Shown here: positions 26,168 through 34,757 of the stretch, in pieces | Layout of the letters: each line of letters begins with the position of its first letter | How positions within the stretch are numbered: the stretch's first letter is position 1 | Assembly (NCBI GenBank): GCA_017881075.1 | Contig: JADGRH010000003.1 | Coordinates: 64,682 to 128,681 of the forward strand | Direction of reading: 5' to 3' | DNA: 64,000 nt | From: Minisyncoccota bacterium | GTDB taxonomy: Bacteria > Patescibacteriota > Minisyncoccia > Phycocordibacterales > CAJBRS01 | Made by a program: the position numbers and the translations under genes | Notes under the pieces: generated by a model | The model's input: the letters and a program-made list of their open reading frames with translations, nothing else | Told to the model about the DNA's origin: nothing | Databases searched by the model: none

Positions 26168-28828
26168 ATGGCAATCTCAATCACCAAACACGACGGCACC
26201 AAAGAAACTTTCAATGCCGATCAAATCAATCGATCAATTGAAAGAGCCTGTCGTGGATTGATGGATCCTATCGCCATGGTTACTCAAATCGCCACTGAAA
26301 CTCGATTAACTCTTTATGATGGCATCACAACCGAAGAAATGGACAAGGCCACCATCAATGCGGCCCTTCAAAACGTCAAAGATGATCCTGCCTATGACAA
26401 AGTAGCCACCCGCATTCTATTAAAAACTATTTACAGACAGGTTTTAGGTGATTACGACAAAGATAACAACCTCGCTTTAACTAAGAAGCATCGCGAAGGG
26501 TTCACTAAATATATTAAAGAGGGAATTGCCGATAATAAACTTAGTCCGCGCATGGCGGAGAAATTTAATCTGAAAGAATTAACAAACACTCTTGATCTTG
26601 AGCGTGATGATCTATTTCAATATGCCGGTCTCTCCACTTTTCTCAATCGCTACTCCTTAAAAAATATGGATCAGACTCCGCGCGAGACTCCGCAATATTT
26701 TTTCATGCGAGTGGCCATGGGACTTTCTTTCAATGAAAAGAAACCAACGGAGTGGGCTAAAAAGTTTTACAACAAAATGTCTCGGTTTGAATATATTCCC
26801 GGCGGCTCTACTAATCTCGGGGCCGGCACTGTGAAGTCGGCACTCTCAAATTGTTTTTTAATGGAAGTGCATGACGACATGGGACACATTGCTAAGACCG
26901 TCGCTGACGTCATGATGCTTTCAAAAGATTCCGGTGGTCTTGGCGTATCGGTGACCAAGCTTCGCGCCGCAGGATCTCCGCTGAAATCAAATAATGGAAT
27001 TTCCACCGGCCCGACTCCTTTTGCCAAGATTATGGATACTGCCATCAGAGCCATTCAGAGAGGAGGAAAGAAAAAAGGAGCACTTTGCTTCTACATGGAG
27101 AACTGGCACGTTGACTTCATTGAATTTATTGATTGGAAGAACAGTAGTGGAGATGACTATATGAGAATGAGAACGGCCAATACAGCGGCCTTTATCTCCG
27201 ATGAATTCATGAAAAGGGTTAAAAATAAGGATATTTGGTATATGTTTGATCCTGCGGAGACCGCCGATCTCAATGAACTTTACGGAAAGGCCTTTAGTAA
27301 ACGATATGCCGAATACGTAAAGATGGCAGATGAAGGAAAACTGCGCATGTTCAAGAAAATTCCGGCAGCCGAGCTCTATCGCAAGATGCTTGTTTCCCTT
27401 CAGACCACTTCTCATCCATGGCAGATTTGGAAGGACGCTGTTAATATTCGGGCCCTTAATAACAATACCGGCACCATTCATATGTCTAATCTCTGCACCG
27501 AAATTTGTTTGCCACAAGATAAAGAAAATATTGCAGTCTGCAACCTCGCCTCCCTTAACTTGGCGGCCCATGTCATTAATAAGGAAGTCAGCTGGGGAAA
27601 ATTGGAAGAATCTGTACGGCTGGCCATTCATCAACTTGATAATTTGATTGATATTAATATTTTGTCGGTAAAAGAAGCGGAGAAAGCAGACAAAGAGAAT
27701 CGGGCCGTGGGCTTAGGTGTCATGGGCTTCGCCGATGCATTGGAAAAAATGGGCCTTGCTTACGACAGTCAGCCAGCATATGACTTTGCCGACAGAATTT
27801 TTGAATTCATTAGTTACATGGCTATTGATGAAAGCACAAACTTAGCGGCAAGCCGCGGCAGTTACAAAAACTTTAAAGGATCGGAATGGTCAAAAGGAAA
27901 AGTACCGTTCGATACCATCGCGAAATTACAGGAAGAAAGAGATCTGCCGGTAACTGTTACTATGGAAAGCAAGCACAAGGGACTGAACTGGGATATTTTA
28001 CGAGAGAAAGTAAAGAGAGGAATGAGAAATGCTACCTTACTCGCCGTTGCCCCGAATGCCAACATTGGTCTCCTTGCCGCTACCACTCCCGGAGTGGACC
28101 CTCGATTTGCCCAAGTATTCTCGCGCAATAAAATTTCCGGAAAATATTTGGATATCAATCATAATTTAGTAAAAGATTTAAAAAATCACGGCATCTGGGA
28201 AAAAGTAAAAGAGAGAATCATTGAATACCAAGGAGACATTTCAAATATCGAAGAGATTCCGGAATACATTAAAGCTGTTTATAAAACCTCGTTTACCACT
28301 TCACCCTATGGTTTTATTGAGGTGGCGGCCAGAGCCCAAAAATGGGTTGATCAGGCACTTTCACGCAACATATATCTTAGGACTCGGGATATTGACGAAA
28401 CGATGGATATTTATACTAGCGCTTGGGAAAAAGGACTGAAGAGCACTTATTATCTACACATGGAACCACGCCACACGGCCGAGCAGAGCACTGTTGCTGT
28501 CAATAAATCTCAGAAAATGGGACGAGCGGGCTTTGGCTCTTTGCGAAAACATACAGCGGTGGAAAAAGCAGATGAATCGGAGCTTTTGGCTGATAGCGCA
28601 CCAGAGACGATGATAGTGGAGCCGATGGTCAGCCCGATTACGGAAGCGGAAATGCCACAGCCGGTGCCGGTAGTAAAGGTGGCACCGGCCCTAGAGGCAA
28701 TGGAAAAAGAGATGCCGGATAATAACCCAGCACCTAAATCAGAATCTAAACCTAACGTTCGTTTTATCGGCGCCAAGACCTGCCCGACCGACCCCGCCGA
28801 ATTCAATCAGTGTGATAGCTGTCAGTAG
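26168..28828 (+). CDS. nrdA: ribonucleoside-diphosphate reductase alpha subunit (class I) with ATP-cone
   Basis: ATP-cone ITKHDGTKETFNADQINRSIERA, active-site SNLCTEI, C-terminal CDSC pair. ATG at 26168 preferred over the track's TTG at 26114. Confidence 0.9.
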   Translation: MAISITKHDGTKETFNADQINRSIERACRGLMDPIAMVTQIATETRLTLYDGITTEEMDKATINAALQNVKDDPAYDKVATRILLKTIYRQVLGDYDKDNNLALTKKHREGFTKYIKEGIADNKLSPRMAEKFNLKELTNTLDLERDDLFQYAGLSTFLNRYSLKNMDQTPRETPQYFFMRVAMGLSFNEKKPTEWAKKFYNKMSRFEYIPGGSTNLGAGTVKSALSNCFLMEVHDDMGHIAKTVADVMMLSKDSGGLGVSVTKLRAAGSPLKSNNGISTGPTPFAKIMDTAIRAIQRGGKKKGALCFYMENWHVDFIEFIDWKNSSGDDYMRMRTANTAAFISDEFMKRVKNKDIWYMFDPAETADLNELYGKAFSKRYAEYVKMADEGKLRMFKKIPAAELYRKMLVSLQTTSHPWQIWKDAVNIRALNNNTGTIHMSNLCTEICLPQDKENIAVCNLASLNLAAHVINKEVSWGKLEESVRLAIHQLDNLIDINILSVKEAEKADKENRAVGLGVMGFADALEKMGLAYDSQPAYDFADRIFEFISYMAIDESTNLAASRGSYKNFKGSEWSKGKVPFDTIAKLQEERDLPVTVTMESKHKGLNWDILREKVKRGMRNATLLAVAPNANIGLLAATTPGVDPRFAQVFSRNKISGKYLDINHNLVKDLKNHGIWEKVKERIIEYQGDISNIEEIPEYIKAVYKTSFTTSPYGFIEVAARAQKWVDQALSRNIYLRTRDIDETMDIYTSAWEKGLKSTYYLHMEPRHTAEQSTVAVNKSQKMGRAGFGSLRKHTAVEKADESELLADSAPETMIVEPMVSPITEAEMPQPVPVVKVAPALEAMEKEMPDNNPAPKSESKPNVRFIGAKTCPTDPAEFNQCDSCQ

Positions 28829-28921
28829 GATAGAGTGAAACCATTTTGCCTTTTTTAGCCTAGCGCCAGGTACATTTTTTGTCTACAATATAAAAACTAT
28901 TAATTTAACTTTTAACTACCC

Positions 28922-29932
28922 ATGCCACTAATCGGAAAAGCGTCGCCGGAGGATATGAATTTACACCCAATGAAGTATCAGTGGGCCTATGATCTTTATA
29001 ATCAAGCAGTTCGAAATACATGGTTTCCTCATGAGATTGCTTTGAAGGAAGACTTGGAAGATTGGGAAAAGATGACGGAGGACGAAAGACACGCAGTGAA
29101 ATTCCTGATGGCCTTTTTTAATCCGGCCGAGCTGATCGTAAATCGCTCCATCGCTCTCGGCATTTATCCGTATCTGAAGTCGCCGGAGTGCCATCTCTAT
29201 CTAGCCAAGGTGATGTGGGAGGAGGCTAATCATTGCGTTGCTTTTGAGTATGTTCTAGAGACCTTTCCGCTCGATCGCGAAAAAGTTTTCGGCATTCATC
29301 TGGAAGTGCCCTCAATGAAGGCTAAGGAGGATTATATTTTTCGCTACATGAAACGCATGACCGAAAACACCTTGGATATTGAAACAGTAGAAGGGAAGAA
29401 GGATTTCATCCGCAACCTTGTGGCAACTAACATTGTCATGGAAGGCATCTGGTTTTATTCCGGTTTCATGGTGGCTCTTTCCTTTCGTCAGCGCAATCAG
29501 CTTCGCAATTTTGGCTCCATGATCAACTGGGTTTTGCGAGACGAGTCACTTCACTTAAAATTTGGCATCAATCTCATTCATACCATCCTGGAAGAGAACG
29601 CCGAGTTAATTACCGAAGAATTTGCCGCCGAGATTCGCAATATCGTTATTGAAGGAGTGGACAAAGAAGTGGCCTATAACAAGGATCTCTTTCCAAATGG
29701 TATTCTTGGTTTAAATGCCGACTATGTTAATCAGTATGTGCAGTATGTGGCTGACAGGCGACTGGAAGAGTTGGGAATGGAGAAACATTACAATGCTACT
29801 AATCCGGCCAAGTGGATGAGCACTGCAACTGATGTTTTTGAATTGGTTAATTTCTTTGAGGCGCAAAACACTAGCTACGAAGTGGATGCGAGAGCGCATT
29901 CGGAGAAAAAGAAAGATGAACCAGCCGTTTAA
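28922..29932 (+). CDS. nrdB: ribonucleoside-diphosphate reductase beta subunit
   Basis: Di-iron ligand motifs WEEANHCVAFEY and LRDESLH; about 336 aa. Confidence 0.9.
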   Translation: MPLIGKASPEDMNLHPMKYQWAYDLYNQAVRNTWFPHEIALKEDLEDWEKMTEDERHAVKFLMAFFNPAELIVNRSIALGIYPYLKSPECHLYLAKVMWEEANHCVAFEYVLETFPLDREKVFGIHLEVPSMKAKEDYIFRYMKRMTENTLDIETVEGKKDFIRNLVATNIVMEGIWFYSGFMVALSFRQRNQLRNFGSMINWVLRDESLHLKFGINLIHTILEENAELITEEFAAEIRNIVIEGVDKEVAYNKDLFPNGILGLNADYVNQYVQYVADRRLEELGMEKHYNATNPAKWMSTATDVFELVNFFEAQNTSYEVDARAHSEKKKDEPAV

Positions 29933-29940
29933 GGACGAAA

Positions 29941-30008
29941 CCTACAACTTTTTTAGAGACTAAGACTTGGGCAAACGCCCCGGAGTGGTCTCTAAAAAAG
30001 TTCGTAGG
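29941..30008. repeat. 68-nt conserved hairpin element, copy A
   Basis: ~20-bp stem with one bulged G closing a ~27-nt loop. The reverse complement matches 55728-55795, with all differences compensatory. Confidence 0.8.
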
Positions 30009-30057
30009 TGAGTCATTAAACGGACTTGTCTTATTTAAAAAATTTTATATAATAGAC

Positions 30058-30457
30058 TCTTCTTGAATCGGGTAATTGCTCCGCCACCTAAAAAGGGCGG
30101 GGAGGAAAGTCCGAACACAGGCCCTTCACCAAAATTGGTGAAGGGAAGAGTAGCGGGTAATACCCGTCTGGAGCAATCCACGAGGTGCGAACAGAGACGA
30201 ACCGGTTAAGTCCGGGTGAAACGGCTAAATCCTTACTTCTGTGCAAGGCCGCGCGCCAATTTTGTCCGCTAGAGGCGGTTACAAAATTGAGCGTCCCGAG
30301 ATTTTCGAGGGATTGATCCTTCGACAAGCTCAGGGCACTCAATCTTGCAGCCACCTGCAGTGGGCAAGATTGGTGAGTGCCGCTTGACTCCGAGAGTAAT
30401 CGAGGAGCTAGATAAATAATTATCGATAACAGAATTCGGCTTATAGATTCAAGAAGA
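30058..30457 (+). ncRNA. rnpB: RNase P RNA (bacterial type A)
   Basis: GAGGAAAGTCCGAACAC (CR-I) and ACAGAATTCGGCTTATAG (CR-V). P1 pairing tcttcttgaatc (30058-) / gattcaagaaga (-30457). Promoter TTGTCT-16-TATAAT at 30026-30053. Confidence 0.9.
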
Positions 30458-30463
30458 CAAATC

Positions 30464-30494
30464 AAAAGCCTCCGCCTAACGGCGGAGGCTTTTG
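30464..30494 (+). terminator. intrinsic terminator after rnpB
   Basis: aaaagcctccgcc-taac-ggcggaggctttt. Confidence 0.85.
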
Positions 30495-30496
30495 CT

Positions 30497-30596
30497 ATTT
30501 GCATCGTCTTTTCAAGATGTTATAATAAATGAAAGCTAATGAAAGAATTTGCATCGTCTTTTCAAAATGTTATAATAAATGAAAGCTAATGGAAAA
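30497..30596 (+). repeat. 2 x 50-bp tandem duplication of promoter/start region
   Basis: atttgcatcgtcttttcaaRatgttataataaatgaaagctaatgRaaRa twice; includes an extended -10 tgttataat. Only copy 2 opens into the long ORF. Confidence 0.85.
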
Positions 30597-32985
30597 AATT
30601 GAAATCAAAACAGAAGAAGTTGTTCCGGAGAGAAATATTTTAACTACCATCCCTCATGTTCTGGTCGGAGCCTTATTGTTTCTGTTGCCAATATTTTTTA
30701 TCCCATCACCTCTTATTGCTTTTGGTTACGGTAAAATGATAATTGTGGCGGTGGTTGTTCTAATCTCACTTTTTAGCTGGATCGTCATTGTTTTTAAAGT
30801 TGGTAAGCTAACCTTGCCGATCAATTGGCTCTCTCTTTCTATTGTAGCTATTCCAATAATTTTTTTATTGGCCGCCATCTTTTCCCCTAATAGAGCAACT
30901 TCACTTATAGCCTCCGGTCTTGAACCTGGCACCTTCAGTTTCATCTTACTACTCTTTCTCTTAATGTTTCTGGTTTCCGTCTTTGTTCGAAACAAAAAAA
31001 ATATTTTTTCTTGCTACCTTTGGTTTGGAGTCGGGTTTATTGTTCTGGCCATTTATCAGATACTTCATTTGTTTTTAGGACCAAACTTTTTATCCTTTAA
31101 TTATTTTACCGATGTTGCCTCCAGTCCTTTGGGCAAATGGAATGATTTAGCCATCTTTGCGGGTGCTGCTGTTTTACTGACGCTTGTCAGTCTGGAGCTT
31201 TTGGTTTTAAGTCGTTTGGCGAAAAGTTTACTTTACACCCTTTTAATTATCGAATTATTTCTTTTAGCCATAACAAACTTTACCATCATTTGGGCTACTC
31301 CCGTCAGTATCATTACTCTCATCGGTTTTTTTGCCCTGCTCTTTTTTGTATATTTCATTTCATCAAATCACCTTTCCACAAATCAGGCTCCGGAGATGGG
31401 AAATTATTACCAGGCGACGACCCCACAAGGACTGGGGCACCGCCGTCTACCCTGGCCTTCATTAATAGTGTTGGTTTTTGCGGTGATCTTTACCCTGGGG
31501 GCCGGCCCGATTGGATCTTCCATCACTTCATTTTTTAAAATTAATGTTCTGGACGTCTCACCCACCTGGCAGTCCACTTTCACGGTGGCCAAGGCTAGTA
31601 TTTCTCGAAGCCCGATTTTGGGAATTGGACCCAACCGTTTTAGTAGTGAATGGAATCTTTCAAAACCGGACGGAGTCAATGCCACCGACTTCTGGAGCAC
31701 CGATTTTGACTCTGGAGTAGGAACGATTCCGACATTCTTAGTCACTACCGGCTCTTTGGGAATCTTAGCCTGGCTTATCTTTTTAGGCTTTCTTCTTTAC
31801 TTGGGTGGAAAAGCGATCTTTTCTGGGGTTAAAGATCAGCTCTCTCTTTATTTGATTATTTCCTCTTTCTTTGTGGCTATCTATCTATGGATTGTCCATA
31901 TTATGTATGTGTCGGGTGTTGTGATGTTTATCTTTGCCTTTATTTTTACCGGTCTCTTTTTAGCTTCTCTTTTTCGGGAGGGTATGCTTAAGGAGAGGAC
32001 CATTTTTTATGTTCAAGACTCTCGGAAAGGGTTTGTGACAATCTTGCTTTTAGTACTAATTTTAATCGGAGTGATTAGCGGAGGGTATTTATTATCAGAA
32101 AAAGTTTTGGCCTCGGTTTATGCCAACAGAGGAGTTACAACTCTCAATTCGGCAGATGTTCAAGGGGCCGAAAATTACACCCTTCAGGCAATTAACGCTG
32201 ATAAAAATCCGGCATATTATCGTTTACTTTCCCAGATTGAATTAGTCAAAATTAGTAATATTCTTCAGCAAGGCAGTCTCACTGCCGATATTGTCAAAAC
32301 CCAATTTCAGAATGGTCTGACTAACGCTGTTTCTGCCGCTTCTACCGCTACCAGTCTAGACCCAACCGATTATCAGAATTGGCTCTCTCTCGGGGCTGTT
32401 TATGAAAATGTCATTCCCCTCGGTGTAGCGGGGGCTTCAGGACAAGCGGCAAGTGCTTATCTGGAAGCCTTGAAGAGAAGTCCACAGAATCCATCTATAT
32501 ATCTAATGTTGGCTCGAGCAGAGTTAGCAAATAAGAATTATGATAAATCCAAGGAATATATTCTGGATGCTCTTCGGTTAAAAAATAATTATCTTGATGC
32601 CATTTATCTTTTGACACAACTTGATCTTTCTCAAGGTAACGGAGCGGCCGCTCTGGCTGATTTAGGTGTAGCGGTCACAGTAGCTCCAAATGATGCAGGA
32701 CCCTATTTCCAGATCGGCGTTTTAAATTATAATTTAGGTAATTATGAACCGGCCGCCACCGCCCTCACTCAATCTCTACGTTTAGTACCCAATTATGCGG
32801 ATGCAAAATACTATCTCGCTCTTAGCGACTATAAACTGAACCAAAAAGATGAAGCCACCAGACTTTTTCAGGAGCTTGTTGATGCTAACCCTATTAATAC
32901 CACTCTTACCGCCATTTTGGACAACATTAAGGGTGGTCGCGACCCTCTTTCAACTTCCACCGCGGCTACCAGTAGTAAAAAATAA
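30589..32985 (+). CDS. polytopic membrane protein (O-antigen-ligase/Wzy-like) with C-terminal TPR repeats
   Basis: More than 10 TM helices over ~500 aa, then TPR-like repeats (AYLEALKRSPQNPSIYLMLARAEL..., YFQIGVLNYNLGNYEPAA...). Confidence 0.65.
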   Translation: MEKIEIKTEEVVPERNILTTIPHVLVGALLFLLPIFFIPSPLIAFGYGKMIIVAVVVLISLFSWIVIVFKVGKLTLPINWLSLSIVAIPIIFLLAAIFSPNRATSLIASGLEPGTFSFILLLFLLMFLVSVFVRNKKNIFSCYLWFGVGFIVLAIYQILHLFLGPNFLSFNYFTDVASSPLGKWNDLAIFAGAAVLLTLVSLELLVLSRLAKSLLYTLLIIELFLLAITNFTIIWATPVSIITLIGFFALLFFVYFISSNHLSTNQAPEMGNYYQATTPQGLGHRRLPWPSLIVLVFAVIFTLGAGPIGSSITSFFKINVLDVSPTWQSTFTVAKASISRSPILGIGPNRFSSEWNLSKPDGVNATDFWSTDFDSGVGTIPTFLVTTGSLGILAWLIFLGFLLYLGGKAIFSGVKDQLSLYLIISSFFVAIYLWIVHIMYVSGVVMFIFAFIFTGLFLASLFREGMLKERTIFYVQDSRKGFVTILLLVLILIGVISGGYLLSEKVLASVYANRGVTTLNSADVQGAENYTLQAINADKNPAYYRLLSQIELVKISNILQQGSLTADIVKTQFQNGLTNAVSAASTATSLDPTDYQNWLSLGAVYENVIPLGVAGASGQAASAYLEALKRSPQNPSIYLMLARAELANKNYDKSKEYILDALRLKNNYLDAIYLLTQLDLSQGNGAAALADLGVAVTVAPNDAGPYFQIGVLNYNLGNYEPAATALTQSLRLVPNYADAKYYLALSDYKLNQKDEATRLFQELVDANPINTTLTAILDNIKGGRDPLSTSTAATSSKK

Positions 32986-33009
32986 AAAGAAAAAGAAAAT
33001 CCTCCCCCT

Positions 33010-34698
33010 ATGGTTAGAAGGATTCTCAATATTTTCAATAAAGAGATAGGCGGCGTTCATGAGGCCGCCTATCTTCTTGGCTCCTTTGCCATAATCTCCC
33101 AAATTCTAGCCCTTATTCGGGACCGGCTTTTGGCTCATTACTTCGGCGCCGGTCAAACCTTAGATATCTATTACGGCGCTTTCAGAATTCCCGATTTTTT
33201 ATTTGCTTCCATTGCTTCGTTAGTCTCTATTTCAGTACTTATTCCGTTTCTGGTGGAGAGGTTGGATCGCGACAAGGAGGAATCAAAGATATTTCTCAAT
33301 AATATATTTACCGCTTTTTCAATTGTGATGGGACTGGGTTGTCTGATTGCCTTCTTTTTAATCCCTCATCTTTTGAAATTCATTCTGCCGGGCCTCGCGG
33401 TCGGGCCCCAACAGACCGAATTAATAACCTTATCAAGACTTTTGCTTCTTTCTCCGATTTTTCTTGGTATTTCAAATTTTCTTGGATCCATCACTCAGAC
33501 TTTCCGCCGTTTTTTTATTTATGCCTTGAGCCCGATTGTTTATAACGCCTCCATTATCTTCGGCATCATTTTTCTCTACCCTCATTTCGGCATCAAGGGA
33601 GTGGTTTTTGGAGTAATCATTGGAGCCTTTCTTCATTTTTCCATTCAGGTTCCTTTTGTCAAAAGTCAGAAAATGATTCCACGTCTTGTTTCCAATCTTG
33701 ACTGGCAAAAGGTTAAACAAGTTATTTTTCTTTCTTTGCCCCGTACCCTGGCCCTTTCGGCGGACAGCCTTTCTCTTTTAGTAGTCACGGCATTTGCCTC
33801 GCTGATGATTGGTGGCTCTATTTCCATTTTTAATTTCGCTCTTAATCTTCAGTCGGTGCCACTGGCCATTATCGGAGTCAGTTATACCCTGGCTGCTTTT
33901 CCGACCTTAGCCAGGCTCTATTCGCGTGGAGAGAAGAGTCAATTTGTGGAGCAGGTCATTACGGCTGCCAGGCACATTATTTTTCTCTCCATTCCCATCA
34001 CCGTTCTTTTTATCGTTCTGCGAGCCCAAATTGTTCGATCAATTCTGGGGTCCGGTAATTTCAGTTGGGCCAATACTCGGCTAACAGCGGCGGCACTTTC
34101 AATGTTTACCATATCGCTCTTTGCCCAGGGGCTAACACTTCTTTTTGTCCGAGGGTATTACGCCGCCGGCAATACTAAAAAACCCTTAATCATTAACGCT
34201 ATTACTACTGTTGGGGACATTCTTTTTCCGTTTTTACTCTGGAAAGCTTTCTTGCATTATCCGATGTTTCAATATTTCATTGAAAGTCTTTTCAAGGTTA
34301 GTGATGTACCGGGAACGGTGGTGTTGATGTTGCCTCTCGGTTATTCTCTCGGTGTTCTATTGAATGTTTTAATATTTTTCATTTGCTTCGAGCGCGACTT
34401 TCAAAATGTGTCGCGCTCGCTTCTCCGCACCTTTCGGGAAAGCTTCTCGGCCGGTATTTTAATGGGATTTGTTTCATATCTCTGTCTTAATATTTTTGAC
34501 AAAGTTTTTGACTTGACCACACTCCCCGGTATTTTCTTCCAAGGACTCTGTTCCGGCCTTATCGGTATTTTCTTCGGTGTGTTGATCCTGAAGCTCCTGA
34601 AAAATCGGGAGATAGAGGAGGTGTGGCAGACGCTTCATACCAAGATCTGGAAGACCAACGAAGTGGTCATCGCCGAGCAGGAGAAGTTGGAGGTGTGA
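33010..34698 (+). CDS. murJ: lipid II flippase MurJ
   Basis: N-terminus ...SQILALIRDRLLAHYFGAGQTLDIYYGAFRIPDFLF and a 14-TM MOP profile. Confidence 0.85.
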   Translation: MVRRILNIFNKEIGGVHEAAYLLGSFAIISQILALIRDRLLAHYFGAGQTLDIYYGAFRIPDFLFASIASLVSISVLIPFLVERLDRDKEESKIFLNNIFTAFSIVMGLGCLIAFFLIPHLLKFILPGLAVGPQQTELITLSRLLLLSPIFLGISNFLGSITQTFRRFFIYALSPIVYNASIIFGIIFLYPHFGIKGVVFGVIIGAFLHFSIQVPFVKSQKMIPRLVSNLDWQKVKQVIFLSLPRTLALSADSLSLLVVTAFASLMIGGSISIFNFALNLQSVPLAIIGVSYTLAAFPTLARLYSRGEKSQFVEQVITAARHIIFLSIPITVLFIVLRAQIVRSILGSGNFSWANTRLTAAALSMFTISLFAQGLTLLFVRGYYAAGNTKKPLIINAITTVGDILFPFLLWKAFLHYPMFQYFIESLFKVSDVPGTVVLMLPLGYSLGVLLNVLIFFICFERDFQNVSRSLLRTFRESFSAGILMGFVSYLCLNIFDKVFDLTTLPGIFFQGLCSGLIGIFFGVLILKLLKNREIEEVWQTLHTKIWKTNEVVIAEQEKLEV

Positions 34699-34757
34699 AG
34701 TTTTTTATTTTCACAAAAGCTGAAATTTAGGCCGTTTCCTGCTAAGATAGACAAACT

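Noticed and set aside
26987-27634. 215-aa ORF antisense to nrdA (and similar antisense ORFs 51103..51648 in ftsZ, 61438..62022 in rpsA, 55920..56405 in pth)
   Set aside because: Each is fully contained in a confidently identified gene on the opposite strand. No independent signals.
30088-30504. 138-aa minus-strand ORF
   Set aside because: Lies entirely within the RNase P RNA gene and its terminator; the composition-driven open frame has no coding support.
30497-30596. Possible CRISPR-like or minisatellite array
   Set aside because: There are only two copies with no spacers, and the repeat contains a promoter and start codon. No CRISPR array or cas genes anywhere in the window.
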